Origin: Podarcis filfolensis
Taxonomy: Eukaryota
NCBI GenBank assembly: GCA_964270895.1
Contig: OZ185453.1
Direction: 5' to 3' (one strand)
DNA length: 64,000 nt
Shown in pieces: positions 1-10,800 of the stretch. Each line of letters starts with the position of its first letter. Positions within the stretch are counted from its first letter, which is position 1. Below the pieces are notes generated by a model. That model searched no databases. It worked only from the letters and a program-made list of their open reading frames with translations, and was not told the DNA's origin. A program made the translations under genes and the position numbers.

Positions 1-442
1 GAATTGGAAAACTCAGGAGCTACCCACTGTGGAAGAATGGCAGATGCAACTGATGGACTATATGCAATTAGCCGAGATGACCGGCAGAATTCGAGACCAG
101 GGAGAAGAAAGGATGGAAGAAGACTGGAGGAAATTTAAGATTTATTTACAAAAATATTGTAATTTGGCTGAGTGCTGAATTGGATGCCAGTGCAGACAAT
201 TGTCTACCATTAAATTAGATTTAAGGCTGAATTATATGTCAAACCAAATTAAGATTATTAATTAAGATGAGTTAAATGATAATTTGTTTGAAATTAATTT
301 AATAATGATGTAAGTGTATGCGGGAGGTGTGGGGGAGTCCCATGTAACAATTGAGAGATGTTAAATGGACAATGATAAGTGGTGCTTATCTAATATATGC
401 TTTATTTGAAAACTTCAATAAATATATTATAAAAAAAAAAAA
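1..442 (+). mobile_element. L1 (LINE-1 clade) 3' end: ORF2 C-terminus, 3' UTR, poly(A); 5' part lies outside the window
   Basis: Frame 2..178 reads NWKTQELPTVEEWQMQLMDYMQLAEMTGRIRDQGEERMEEDWRKFKIYLQKYCNLAEC*, the same WK..PT..EW...L..Y..LA..T..IR......W..Y..YL pattern as the L1 fragment at 28691-28939. AATAAA at 417-422, A12 at 431-442. Confidence 0.85.
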
Positions 443-1930
443 GAGAGAACACCTTCTTCTTTAGTGGATAAAAGCAATTAATTTCACGTTTTGGCAGTAT
501 AAGCGATTTTGCTGGAGGATAAGAGTTAACTTTGAGAGTGGAACTGTCACCCCTCCCCCCAGGACCCGGGAGCGATCCGTGAGAGAGCCTGTTGAAGAGA
601 CATAGAAGATTTTGACAGCTGTCAAACTAGCTGTCAAAGCTGGGGGAAAAAGAGAGAACTTTGTTTCTGTTGTCTTTGCTGGTTATATTTGTTACATTCA
701 GGTAATAAATTGTTGAAAACAAAGAGAAAAAGCTAATTTGACTTTTGGATTGGAACTGGAAGGAATACTAAGTAACCAGAACTCCTCTAGAGGGGGTTCT
801 GGGACATTACAAGAATGGCTGCAAGTGGAAAAATACTGACTGAACTGGAGAGGGTTTTCTTTCTCTTGGGAAAGTTACAAGAACAGAGTAATGTTTTGGA
901 TACAAATGTCACAACATTGAATGAAACAGTAAATAAACTTACTGAATCTGGAAGGGACTTGACTCAAGTCTTTGCATCTGAACAAAAAGTTTTTGTAGCT
1001 GAACTAAAAATCTTTGCAGCTGAACAAGAAAAGAAATCTGAGAAATTTGAGAAAGTGGGGAAAGAGATATATGATGATTTGGAGGGAAAGGAAGGAGGAG
1101 CTACAATGCCGCAGATGATTAAGGAGAGCCAGAGGCCTGTTAAGATGGATATAAAGGAAAATAAGAACGGGATCATGAAAATCTGGTTTGAATTGAAGAA
1201 TGAGGAATGGAGAGATCTCCTCATGTGGAGATCTGAAGACCTATGGATTACAAAATTGACTAAAGTGGAAGCTGGAGTTTTTGGGACATTTGGACTTAAA
1301 AGAAGTAAGAAACAAGATTTGGGCTACACTTTTAAATATGGAGGTCTGGCTGGAAGAAACATGGACCTTATTGGGACAGAGCTTCTCCGAGATTTGGTGT
1401 CCAATACAAAGGACTATCAAAAAAACCGGCAGAGAGGAATTGAGAGAGAATTAAGAGCCTCGGACGTGAGGTCACCAGGCTGACAGCAGATAGACTGATG
1501 GACATTTGTTGGGGAACCGGGAAACCGGGAAAGGCGGGGAGTGGGGCTTTGGGAATCCAAAGGGTGTACAATTATATTTTGTTTCTTTGTATTCTGTTTT
1601 GCTACTTATATAAAAATGGGGAATTCGTGAAAGGGAATTGGGGTCGACCTTAGAAAAAGATATTAAGAATAAGTACTGACGTATAAAGACTGAGGTTTAT
1701 GTTAAAATTGGTTAACTAAAATGAATTAAATATAATAAGGTAAAATTTGGGGATAAGAACTTGCTGAACTAAAAATTGAACTGGAATACAAGAAGGGGAG
1801 GTGTGGGGAAGTCAGGGAAATATGTTATTGAAAGTAAGGAATGCAAATTCTATGTGTGTGCGTTTTTTTTTAACTTTTCTTTTGTTTTTTCTCTATTTTT
1901 TGAAAATTCCAATAAATATCTTTTAAAAAA
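443..1930 (+). mobile_element. Putative non-autonomous L1-dependent retroposon (HAL1-like): 5' UTR, single ORF, L1-like 3' UTR, poly(A)
   Basis: Starts right after the L1 poly(A), holds ORF 815-1483, ends with AATAAA (1911-1916) and an A-rich tail. Shares gggaggtgtggggRagtc and tttgaaaa..caataaatat motifs with the upstream L1 3' UTR. No RT or endonuclease sequence. Confidence 0.6.
815..1483 (+). CDS. 222-aa ORF of the HAL1-like element; N-terminal heptad/coiled-coil character, function unknown
   Basis: Longest stop-free ORF outside the GC-rich island. ATG in good context (agaATGG), purine/A-rich strand bias typical of L1 coding strands, heptad-like L/V/F spacing over roughly residues 8-80. 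Confidence 0.5.
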   Translation: MAASGKILTELERVFFLLGKLQEQSNVLDTNVTTLNETVNKLTESGRDLTQVFASEQKVFVAELKIFAAEQEKKSEKFEKVGKEIYDDLEGKEGGATMPQMIKESQRPVKMDIKENKNGIMKIWFELKNEEWRDLLMWRSEDLWITKLTKVEAGVFGTFGLKRSKKQDLGYTFKYGGLAGRNMDLIGTELLRDLVSNTKDYQKNRQRGIERELRASDVRSPG

Positions 1931-1954
1931 ATAATAATACAACATTCTAAAATC

Positions 1955-2305
1955 ATTTCATTAAAAAATTAATTCAAATCAAATTGATGGCAACCATTGG
2001 GCTAGACTTCTGTGAAGATTGCCAAAGGAGGGAGTCAGGCTGTGCCTTGGCCAAAGGCCTGGTGGAACAGCTCTGTCTTGCAGGCCCTACGGAAAGATGT
2101 CAAGTCCCACAGGGCCCTAGTCTCTTGTGACAGAGCGTTCCACCAGATCGGAGCCACAGCCAAAAAAGCCCTGGCTCTGGTTGAGGCCAGCCTAACCTCC
2201 CTGTGGCCTGGGACCTCCAAGATGTTTTTGTTTGAGGACCGTAAGTTCCTCTGTGGGACATACCAGGAGAGGCGGTCCCGTAGGTACGAGGGTCCTAGAA
2301 TGTAA
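1955..2305 (-). mobile_element. L2-clade LINE 3' fragment (approximate ends)
   Basis: ORF 2035-2391(-) contains LGPSYLRDRL...LRSS...RAFLAVAPIWWNAL...FRRACKTELF, the L2 ORF2 C-terminal pattern. Confidence 0.85.
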
Positions 2306-3044
2306 GAGGCCCTTGTGTTTGTTTCATTGCACACATGTATTGTGGTTTTCTGAATATCCATCAAACACTTTAAAGCCATACCAAAATGCAATATGCAAAG
2401 GGCCCAGCACTATCTGCCACATCAGTAACTTCTAAAAACAAAACAAAACAAAACAAAACTACAGAAAAATGAGGAAAGTCAAGCTGGAAAAAACTGGGCC
2501 CCAATCCACAACTAAAAAGTATATTTGCTTTTTGCCTGTTTTCATTGTCATGTCTTTCCACAAAGTATCGCAGGTTGTCTGTTCCCTACCCCTTTAAAGA
2601 ACAAAAGCCCTCATATTTCCTGGGGTGAAAGACAATTAAACCAATTTTACGCTGCAGTATACATATGCCCTTGAATTCCAGGGCTGCTAAAAGCATGTTT
2701 TTGTGAGAAGACATGAAAAATGAACATATAAATAAAGTATAGTTAGGCGGATTTCAAATGTATTTCCTTGCAGATGTGCAGGCTGTGGATGTTTTAGGAA
2801 AATCTGGGGAAAGGGGATTTGCCGGAGTAAATTGAGCAAGGGAGGGAATTTAAAGAACCATTAGACTGTCAGGCAGTCTCTCCAGGGGAAGTGGATAGGA
2901 GATCCATTGCTTGAACCATTTATAGACTGTCTAAGCAAAGCCGCAGAGAATACTATGGGGAAAGCTGTAAATAATAAAATACCTGTCTTCCTAAACAACC
3001 TTTAATACCGAGATCTCAAAGCATCTTGCAGCGTTCAGAAAAAA

Positions 3045-3215
3045 TAAACAACAAAAGAGCCCTGCCGGATCAGAGCAAAATGTCCATTTGGACCCACAAC
3101 AGCCAGTGTGACGCTTCTGGGGAGCCCATGAAGACAACAGCATCATATGTTCTTTGGTAACTGGCATGCCGAGGCATACTGCCTTATGTACACAGAGTCA
3201 TTGGTACTGTAACTG
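3045..3215 (-). mobile_element. Degenerate CR1-type 3' end (approximate)
   Basis: aagagccctgccggatcagagcaaaatgtccatttggacc resembles the CR1-tail family seen at 10440 and 30855. Confidence 0.4.
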
Positions 3216-5056
3216 TGCCTTTTCCAAAGGTTAGGGGACCACGCTTGCAGAGACAAATGTGTTGTTGTTGTTGTTTTTACATAAGGAAGTCGTCAAGGAC
3301 TGGATATGAGAATGGGGAGGAAAGAGAGGGGTGTGTGATTGAAATCACAGGACTGACTAGAGCCAAGAGGCCACTCTCCACCACAAGGCTGGGCCATCCA
3401 CAATAGAGATGCCTTTCCAAATTATTTTAAGGAAGTGAAATGGTAGAACCACACATTATACAAAATACAGGGGCTGCTGCTAAAAATGGGAGCTGTGCGT
3501 CAAGGTCTTCCTCTTCTCCATTCCAAATGTGTAGTACAAGTTAATATCATGACAAGAGCATAAAAAAGTCTTCTCCTGCCTACACTTGAGATCACCAACT
3601 GATGGAGGAACAGGACCCTAGAGGGGCTTGTCCACACTGGAGTTTACTGTGTGTTTGCAGCTGTTTTGCATTCCAATTTAATTTGTGTAGTTCACATGAC
3701 ATTACCTTCAAGCAACACCAGTCTCAGGGCTTTCCCTCTGTAAATTCAGGATTACTCGATACGGGGATATGTTGGGAGAAATTAGACTCCAACCCACTCC
3801 ACTTGGGGTCCCAGACAATTGTACCACTGTACATCCTCAAGGCTTTTGTTTCTCCAGTGCACTCCTGAACAGAGGAGCATGGCCTTAGTTATATTTTAAT
3901 TTCATTTCCCTCAGATTTGCACAAAACCAGAAAACTGCAAAAGTATGTGTTGAGAAGCTGCAACTGCCGGATTGTGTGCTTTTGCACACTCCCTGGATTG
4001 GGATTTTGTTTGCTTGTTTTTAAATAGGTATGTGTGCTGGCATGTATTGGAAAGACCAAAGTTGCTCCCCACATACAAATCAATTTGTGTATGGGTGTGA
4101 CTATGTTCAAAATTCCACCTGGGGAAAAGTGGATTCACAGCTACATAATGCTTAAATGTGGACAAGTTGCAGACAAACTGCCATTTTCAGTCAGCCCTGT
4201 TGTCCTTTGTAGCGTGTGTCATATTTTCATAGCCTTCTACAGTAATTTACCAAAACATATTAAGTTTGTTAAAGAACCCAAACCCTGGAATCAAATGACC
4301 AAGTATGCCATTAATTTATTGCCCCATCCTTTGGAAGAATTTACTATGGATGAGGTGAGGTTTGAAGGAGGAGATTTGGAACAGGGAGACATTACCATAT
4401 ACCCCACTCTGTGTATATCTGCCCCCCCCCCCATCCCAAGATCCCCCCACTCCATCCCTTAAACCACCTGCAGGAAATTCTAGCCTGAGCCAACCTGAAC
4501 TGTTCTTCCCGCCATTGCATCTATGCTTTTGTCAGGCTGGATTAGACTAGAAAATTACTTTCCCTCCCCCGTTTCTTAAATAAATTATGACTAATCCGAA
4601 AAGCTGGTTTTGATTTAGACAGCAGAGGGGGGAAATGAAAGAAAGTTTCTGCTGATTTCAGACTCTCGCTTACCCACAACCAAAGCCTGAGAAGGAAGGA
4701 GAATGGATGATATTATAGAGGCAGGCACCACAAGTAACAGCCACAGTATGGGTCTTTCCTCCCAGTTTGAAGGGGGCCCTCTGGCACACGGTGGCCCTCT
4801 TTCAATTCCAGGGGAAGACCCACAGAACACTCGAGCAGCTATAGGTACAGACTGAACGGAGCCCAGGCTTCAACTGCAATCGCACAATGACTTTCATTCC
4901 CCAGGAAAGGCTCTCGCAGAGGAAAAAGCAGCTAACAGCGACCGCTCCACATTCCTCTGCATTCTTCGCAGTGCTCCGTGCACAAAGAGAGTTTCTTCAA
5001 GGCAACCTTCAGGTAAATAAATCATTTTCAGAGGAGTAGCAGTGCGAGTCCCTTGC

Positions 5057-5165
5057 AGCAAGAACAACAAAGAGCCTTGTGGAACCTTAAAGACTTAGCA
5101 AATTTATGATGGCATAAGTTCATCAGATGAAGCAAACTGCAGTCCATGAAACCTTATGATGTTAG
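5057..5165. mobile_element. Penelope-like element terminal remnant (approximate)
   Basis: gagccttgtggaaccttaaagact...ggcataag...catcagatgaag...gcagtccatgaaaccttatg resembles a common reptile repeat usually classed as Penelope-like. A related fragment lies at about 13430-13515. Family assigned from memory. Confidence 0.45.
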
Positions 5166-5898
5166 CCAAAAGGCTCTTTGTTACTTCTGAAAATAAATCT
5201 GGATATGCCAAGATTCAAGAACACGGTAACTACTGAACCTGGGGAGTAGCAGAAAGGGATTCAGTCCGTGTACCACCAACAAATTATGGCAAAAGAGAGG
5301 AACTACAGCCAGGATGCCTCTGTAAAGCAACAACCCTGGTCCTCTATAAAAGCGTTTAGATCAGGTTTGTTTTCTGGTCTGGGCAAAAAAGGGCCTCTGC
5401 TTTTGACCTTGACAACAGGGCCTGCCTCACTTCTGCCTTGCCCAAATTTTTAGAGACATGGAGAGAGCCACAGAGGGACTACACCCTTTTCTTAAAACAG
5501 CACGCTAGATAGGCATTTGATGGGAGCAGAGTCTGCTGATGCGCTAAATAACCTCGTTCCCCATCTGTACATTTCCATGTCCCCTTGAAATAAATTTCTA
5601 AAATATGTTGGATGGAAATCTGCACATTTCTCATTTAAGTTCAACATCTCATATTCCCCATCCAAGGGATTACTGCTCCTCATTTCTGAGCCTATGGATT
5701 AGAAGATACGGACCTCTGAGCTAGCACAAGATTAAATCCATACCATAAATATCTGGTGCAGAATATATTTTAATGTAGACCCAGGCCTGCATAGCCACAA
5801 AACCACCAATGTAAGAGCAGCTTGTCAGGGGATGAATAAACATCCCATGTTTGCTTGGGAGAGAGAGCCTGGAGAAATGTACTAATAATAAATGAGGA

Positions 5899-5955
5899 GA
5901 AGAAGAAGAAGAAGAAGAAGAAGAAGAAGAAGAAGAAGAAGAAGAAGAAGAAGAA
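5899..5955 (+). repeat. (GAA)19 microsatellite
   Basis: Direct read; it explains the poly-S/K/R/F ORFs in the track. Confidence 0.97.
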
Positions 5956-6070
5956 GACAGCCAAACCATCAAGCATCTACAGACCATCAGGCAACATCAG
6001 GTTTGCTGCAGAATCTCAAAAGCCCTGCTTCGGAGCTGCTATGGACCCTTGTCTTTCTCTTCATTTTCAG

Positions 6071-6199
6071 NNNNNNNNNNNNNNNNNNNNNNNNNNNNNN
6101 NNNNNNNNNNNNNNNNNNNNNNNNNNNNNNNNNNNNNNNNNNNNNNNNNNNNNNNNNNNNNNNNNNNNNNNNNNNNNNNNNNNNNNNNNNNNNNNNNNN
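6071..6199. other. Assembly gap (129 N)
   Basis: Run of N. Confidence 1.
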
Positions 6200-7069
6200 A
6201 CCAGAACATATTCCCTGCAGTTCCCAGTGTGGGATTTATTTGCACATGGTGACACCATCTAAAATGTTTTCTGTATGAACGATCTGACTTGGCGCACCCT
6301 AGCCACCCACCCTCCATCAACTACAGCTCGTTGTCCCTGGGGAAAACTGTGTGTGCGAAGCTGTAAAATATCACAAAGTCAATTAGTGACAGACGAACCC
6401 CTCTAAGCCCCACCCCTGGCAAAATACAACAACAATGGAAATTGCTTTGTCTGCATTATCGCCACCACTAACTTGGACCTGTGGGCAGCGAGTTGGAAAC
6501 ATCCGAACGGAAAACAACATGCAAACATTTTCCCTATGGGAACCCCAAAGCCACATAATTTGTACCTTGTATTTGGGATGGATCATATAATCATGTTGTG
6601 CAGGGAGGATCCGAGTAGAGGAAGAGAGAGGAGGTTCAAGCAGAACAATCGCAAAGCACACAAAAAATTCCATGGGCAACTTGGAAATCCTGGTCTTATT
6701 TTCACTGGCGTTTACCCAATTGTCCACAAAGACAAAAAAAAAGGTGCAGCTGAACAGCGTCACCCAACCACCTGCCATCTACGAGCCAGGAGATGCAAGT
6801 GCCATAAAGTGCTCATCATATAATAATACTTCTTTAAATAGTACAAAAATGGTTTCCATTCTTCCATAAAAAGATGAAGGTTTCATGGTCATATTGGCAG
6901 GGGGTGAACTAAATAACCCTTGGGGTTCCTTCTAACTCTTCAATTCTATGATATGGGGAGGTCATGCTGATGTATATTTTGATCTGGAAGGCTTAGTTTG
7001 GTCAGAATCAAGTATATACTTCCAGAGTTAACGCTAAACACATTATTTCTGGTAAATGAGCCACCGTAG

Positions 7070-7083
7070 CCACTAGAGGGCCG
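7070..7083 (+). promoter_or_regulatory. Candidate CTCF site
   Basis: CCACTAGAGGGCCG matches 13/14 positions of the CCASYAGRKGGCRS core; neighbouring CpGs are retained. Confidence 0.4.
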
Positions 7084-8289
7084 CGAAAATTTGTATCCCG
7101 GGCTTTTAAGACTTATCTACCCATGTACTATCTGAAATCAAAATGGCGCATTCATTGCCAGATGCAATTTTTTTTTCCAGCTCTCCCACCCCACTATTAC
7201 AATCTAAAGTAGTCACAACACAGGTGGAAAGTAAAAGGAGGAAGAGCGAGGAGAAGGACCTGAAAATACAATAAGAAGGGCTGAGAGACAAACTTTCAAA
7301 TAATAATAAAAAAGTACTGTACATAAAGAAAGGAGAAGCCATCCAAGGTGCTTTTTGTTGGGGTTTTAAAATAGAAAACGATCGCAGCATCATGTGTTTC
7401 AGGAAGTGCTACAGTATGGAAAATTGACAAATACAGAAAATATTGGGTGGAAGAGAGAGAATTAACATGATTTGAAGTAGCAGAAGAATGTAGAAGGATT
7501 TCTCTACTCTGGAAAATTTTTAGATTTATAGATTTTATATGCAGTTAATTGTTTCTTCTGCACCTCAAAACAACTGTGTTTGATTTTTAAAGCATCAGAC
7601 ATGGTCTAAAAAGCTTTCATGACAGAAGGATACTGTTCATATTTTAAATAGGCCTGGGATGTCAGTCACCTGACAAGTTTAGACAGCCTTTTATTTGACT
7701 GAGTGAAATAACGTCAATTATCCCATGAACTCAAGAACAACCTTGTGTATGTTGGCATTTGCCCTACCAACAATGCATTTTCTGCTATCCACACAGGACA
7801 ACCAAGTTATTAAAAAAGGACACAAATCTGATCTTTAAAATGATATTATTAAGAAACCAGTGGTAATAAATTTTACCACTGCTGCAGACCTGAAAAGTCT
7901 CCATTAGAGTAGGTCCAAATAAAATATCTCAGTGGGTGGGCTCCTGCATAAAAAGTTATGAATTTGAAAGAAAAATACTCTCTGCCCTGATATTTGTGAT
8001 GTTTATATAATCCTCTAGTTGATGATACTTCGATGATCTGATTAAGTGAACTAAAGCCCATGGAAGCTTATTTTAAATAAAGCAATCTATTTTAAATATT
8101 TACCTTGCAAATCTGTTAAGCAGGAAGCATCCCACCTTTTTATAATCACTTCATGGGATCATCTGATAACAATGGCAAGTGTGAAGGTCCCTTGCTCTCT
8201 GGGAGCCAGGGTCACACATATATGTTCATATTAAGTCTGGCTCCAGTGTGCTCCCAACTCTGTTGTTTGAAGCTGAGTACACATCAGGT

Positions 8290-8698
8290 GAGAGCTGGAC
8301 CATAAAGAAAGCTGATAGCCGAAGAAAATTCAAAATCGATGCTTTTGAATTATGGTGCTGGAGGAGACTCTTGAGAGTCCCATGGACTGCAATAAGATCA
8401 AACCTATCCATTCTTAAGGTAATCAGCCCTGAGTGCTCACTGGAAGGACAGATCCTGAAGCTGAGGCTCCAATACTTTGGCCACCTCATGAGAAGAGAAG
8501 ACTCCCTGGAAAAGCCCCTGGTGTTGGGAAAGATGGAGGGCACAAGGAGAAGGGGACGACAGAGGACGAGATGGTTGGACAGTGTTCTCGAAGCTACGAA
8601 CATGAGTTTGACCAAACTGCGGGAGGCAGTGGAAGACAGAAGTGCCTGGTGTGCTCTGGTCCATGGGGTCACGAAGAGTCGGACACGACTAAACAACA
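8290..8698 (+). mobile_element. BovB (RTE clade) LINE, 5'-truncated, with 11-bp TSD
   Basis: Translates ESWTIKKA...IDAFELWCWRRLLRVPWTA...LEGQILKLRLQYFGHLMRREDSLEK...GRQRTRWLD...VHGVTKSRTRL. (CAA)n tail; TSD acacatcaggt at 8279-8289 and 8699-8709. Confidence 0.95.
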
Positions 8699-9129
8699 AC
8701 ACATCAGGTTACCAACCATCAACTGTATCCTGTAGCTGTTTGAGAAATACTCATGTTGTGCTCGCTCTCTCAAACCAGTTTCCATCTGATTTGAAAACGG
8801 AAGTTGCAGTTAAGCCGTTGCGCATGCACAGATGACAGCTTCAGTGAACCGGAGTTTGGCGCAGGGAAACAAATTAGGTATTGTGCTTTAGGTGAAGGCA
8901 TTCCCACCTCCTCTCTGGAGTGAACAGTAACATAAGTAGCTTAGAACATGGGGGGGCCTAGCTATGTTTCAAGATGCTGATGTGCACATAGCCATAGATT
9001 TCGCTCACATTCCACATTTCTTACACACAAGAGTGGCAATCATGGGTTCTGACGCAGTTGAACCATCTCTAGACTTGTACCATCAGCAATGTTACTGCAT
9101 CATGCAACTTCGGACCATATCTAGGATCT

Positions 9130-9372
9130 GACCTAGGCAGAGGGCCTTCTCGGTAGTGGCACCTGTCCTGTGGAATGCCCTCCCATCAGATGTCAAACAG
9201 GTAAGCAACTATGACTTTTGGAAGACATCTGAAGGCAGTCCAGTATAGGGAAGTTTTTAATGTTTCATGTTTTATTACATTTTGCTAGAAGTTGCCCAGA
9301 GTGGCTGGGGCAATGCAATCAGATGGATGGCATATTATTATTATTATTATCATTATTATTATAATCATCATC
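9130..9372 (+). mobile_element. L2 3' tail with (ATT)n end (approximate)
   Basis: ggcagagggccttctcggtagtggcacc...tggaatgccctcccatcagatgtcaaa...gcccagagtggctgggg, then (ATT)n/(ATC)n. Confidence 0.85.
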
Positions 9373-10439
9373 CTCTATAGAAAAGGCCTCTGCGGCCCCT
9401 GGCTCTCTCCAGATAGCTTCTGCATCCTTTCTCTCCAGTTAAGCCACACGGCTGGCCTGTCTCCCCTTAGAAGCTGTGCAAAAACATTTACAAACATCTC
9501 TGGAGAGGTGGAAGTACACAACCCAAAGCACATCTGAAAAGACTCCAGGAGTCAGCATTAATAGCATTTTGTGAGGGGGCAACCTTAGTGGGATCGAGCT
9601 TGACGCTCTATGCAGTTTGAAAGGGAAAGTAGGGTGCTCATTTTTAAAAGAAATTAACATAATTATCTCTATTCTTTATTACTGTTTGATAAATAACTAC
9701 TCAGAGATATTCAGTGATGATTAATCCCTGAGTGGTCCAGTGACTCTGCTTTTCTAGAGTGTGAACCCTAATTTTCATAGGGAAGCGATTCGGAGAATAA
9801 CTTGCCCAAAGCTATTCAGCAATTCTGTCTCTCTTACACCAAGGATTCCAACCTTGCCCACAAAATACCACCATCCCCAGAGCTCTCCGCTAAACGACCC
9901 ACACACAGTGCATACTGGAAATTGAGTCTCATCACAGTCATTACGTTTGCACCATAAAATGGTCACTGGCAGACATACTCCAGACGCGTGGCGGCTGATA
10001 AAGAGCTTTTAATTATTTCAACTAAATTGTTCAGTGAGTCAATATCCCTTTATCTTCTCGTCATTAATTACTACATCACTATCACCACCGCCATGAGTTA
10101 TTTTAAATAACTGGGACGTTTTAGAAGCGTTGCACTAGGATTTTTTGCTTCGCAAGCTATAACCTGAAGGGTGCTTAGATATTCTGAATACTAGTTTTGT
10201 TTTGTTTTTTAATTACTTGATATGGGGAGATCATATCTCAACTCAGTGTAATATTTCCCAGGCGCCTCTCCCAGAACTTAATTGCACGGCTGAGCAATGA
10301 AGAACTCCTTTTTTTGCGGCATGAAATTATGACAGGTTTCCTACAGCCTTTATAAAAAAAAAAACCAAAAAAACTGGAGAGGTTCTGAGGTGACTGGCAA
10401 AGACAAACAGGGAACCTGGCTTCCGTTTTTTAAGAATGT

Positions 10440-10800
10440 AAGTACAGCCCTATAGCTGGATCAGGCCCAAGGCCCATCTAGTCCAGCATCCTACATCCTA
10501 TTCTCACAGTAGCCAACCAGAAGCCTATCAGAAGCCCACAAACATGATGTGAGTGTAACAGTGACTCCCAGCAACAAGTATTCAGAGGCATCCTGCGGAC
10601 AGTAGAGACTGTCACTGAGAGCCTTATCCTCCATGAATTCGTCTAATCCTCTTTTTAAAACCATCCAAGTCGGGGGCCCTCGCTGCCTCTTGTGAGAGCA
10701 AATCCCATAGTTTTAACTATGCATCGTGCAAAGGAGTACTGCCTTTTGTCTGTCCTGAACCGCCCAACGTTCAGCTTCATTGCATAGCCCCAAGTTCCTG
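10440..10800 (-). mobile_element. CR1 LINE 3' fragment (approximate)
   Basis: ORF 10655-11005(-) ends MKLNVGRFRTDKRQYSFARCIVK, the CR1 ORF2 C-terminal motif; ctggatcaggcccaaggcccatctagtccagcatcc tail. Confidence 0.8.

Noticed and set aside
5721-6320. ORFs with poly-S/F/K/R runs and X stretches
   Set aside because: Artefacts of the (GAA)n tract and the N gap.
7380-7540. Possible very old L1 ORF2 C-terminal remnant (similar hints at about 44000-44220 and 53430-53650)
   Set aside because: Too degenerate to support by eye.
8248-8835. 195-aa ORF as a host gene
   Set aside because: It is the BovB RT C-terminus plus read-through flanks.
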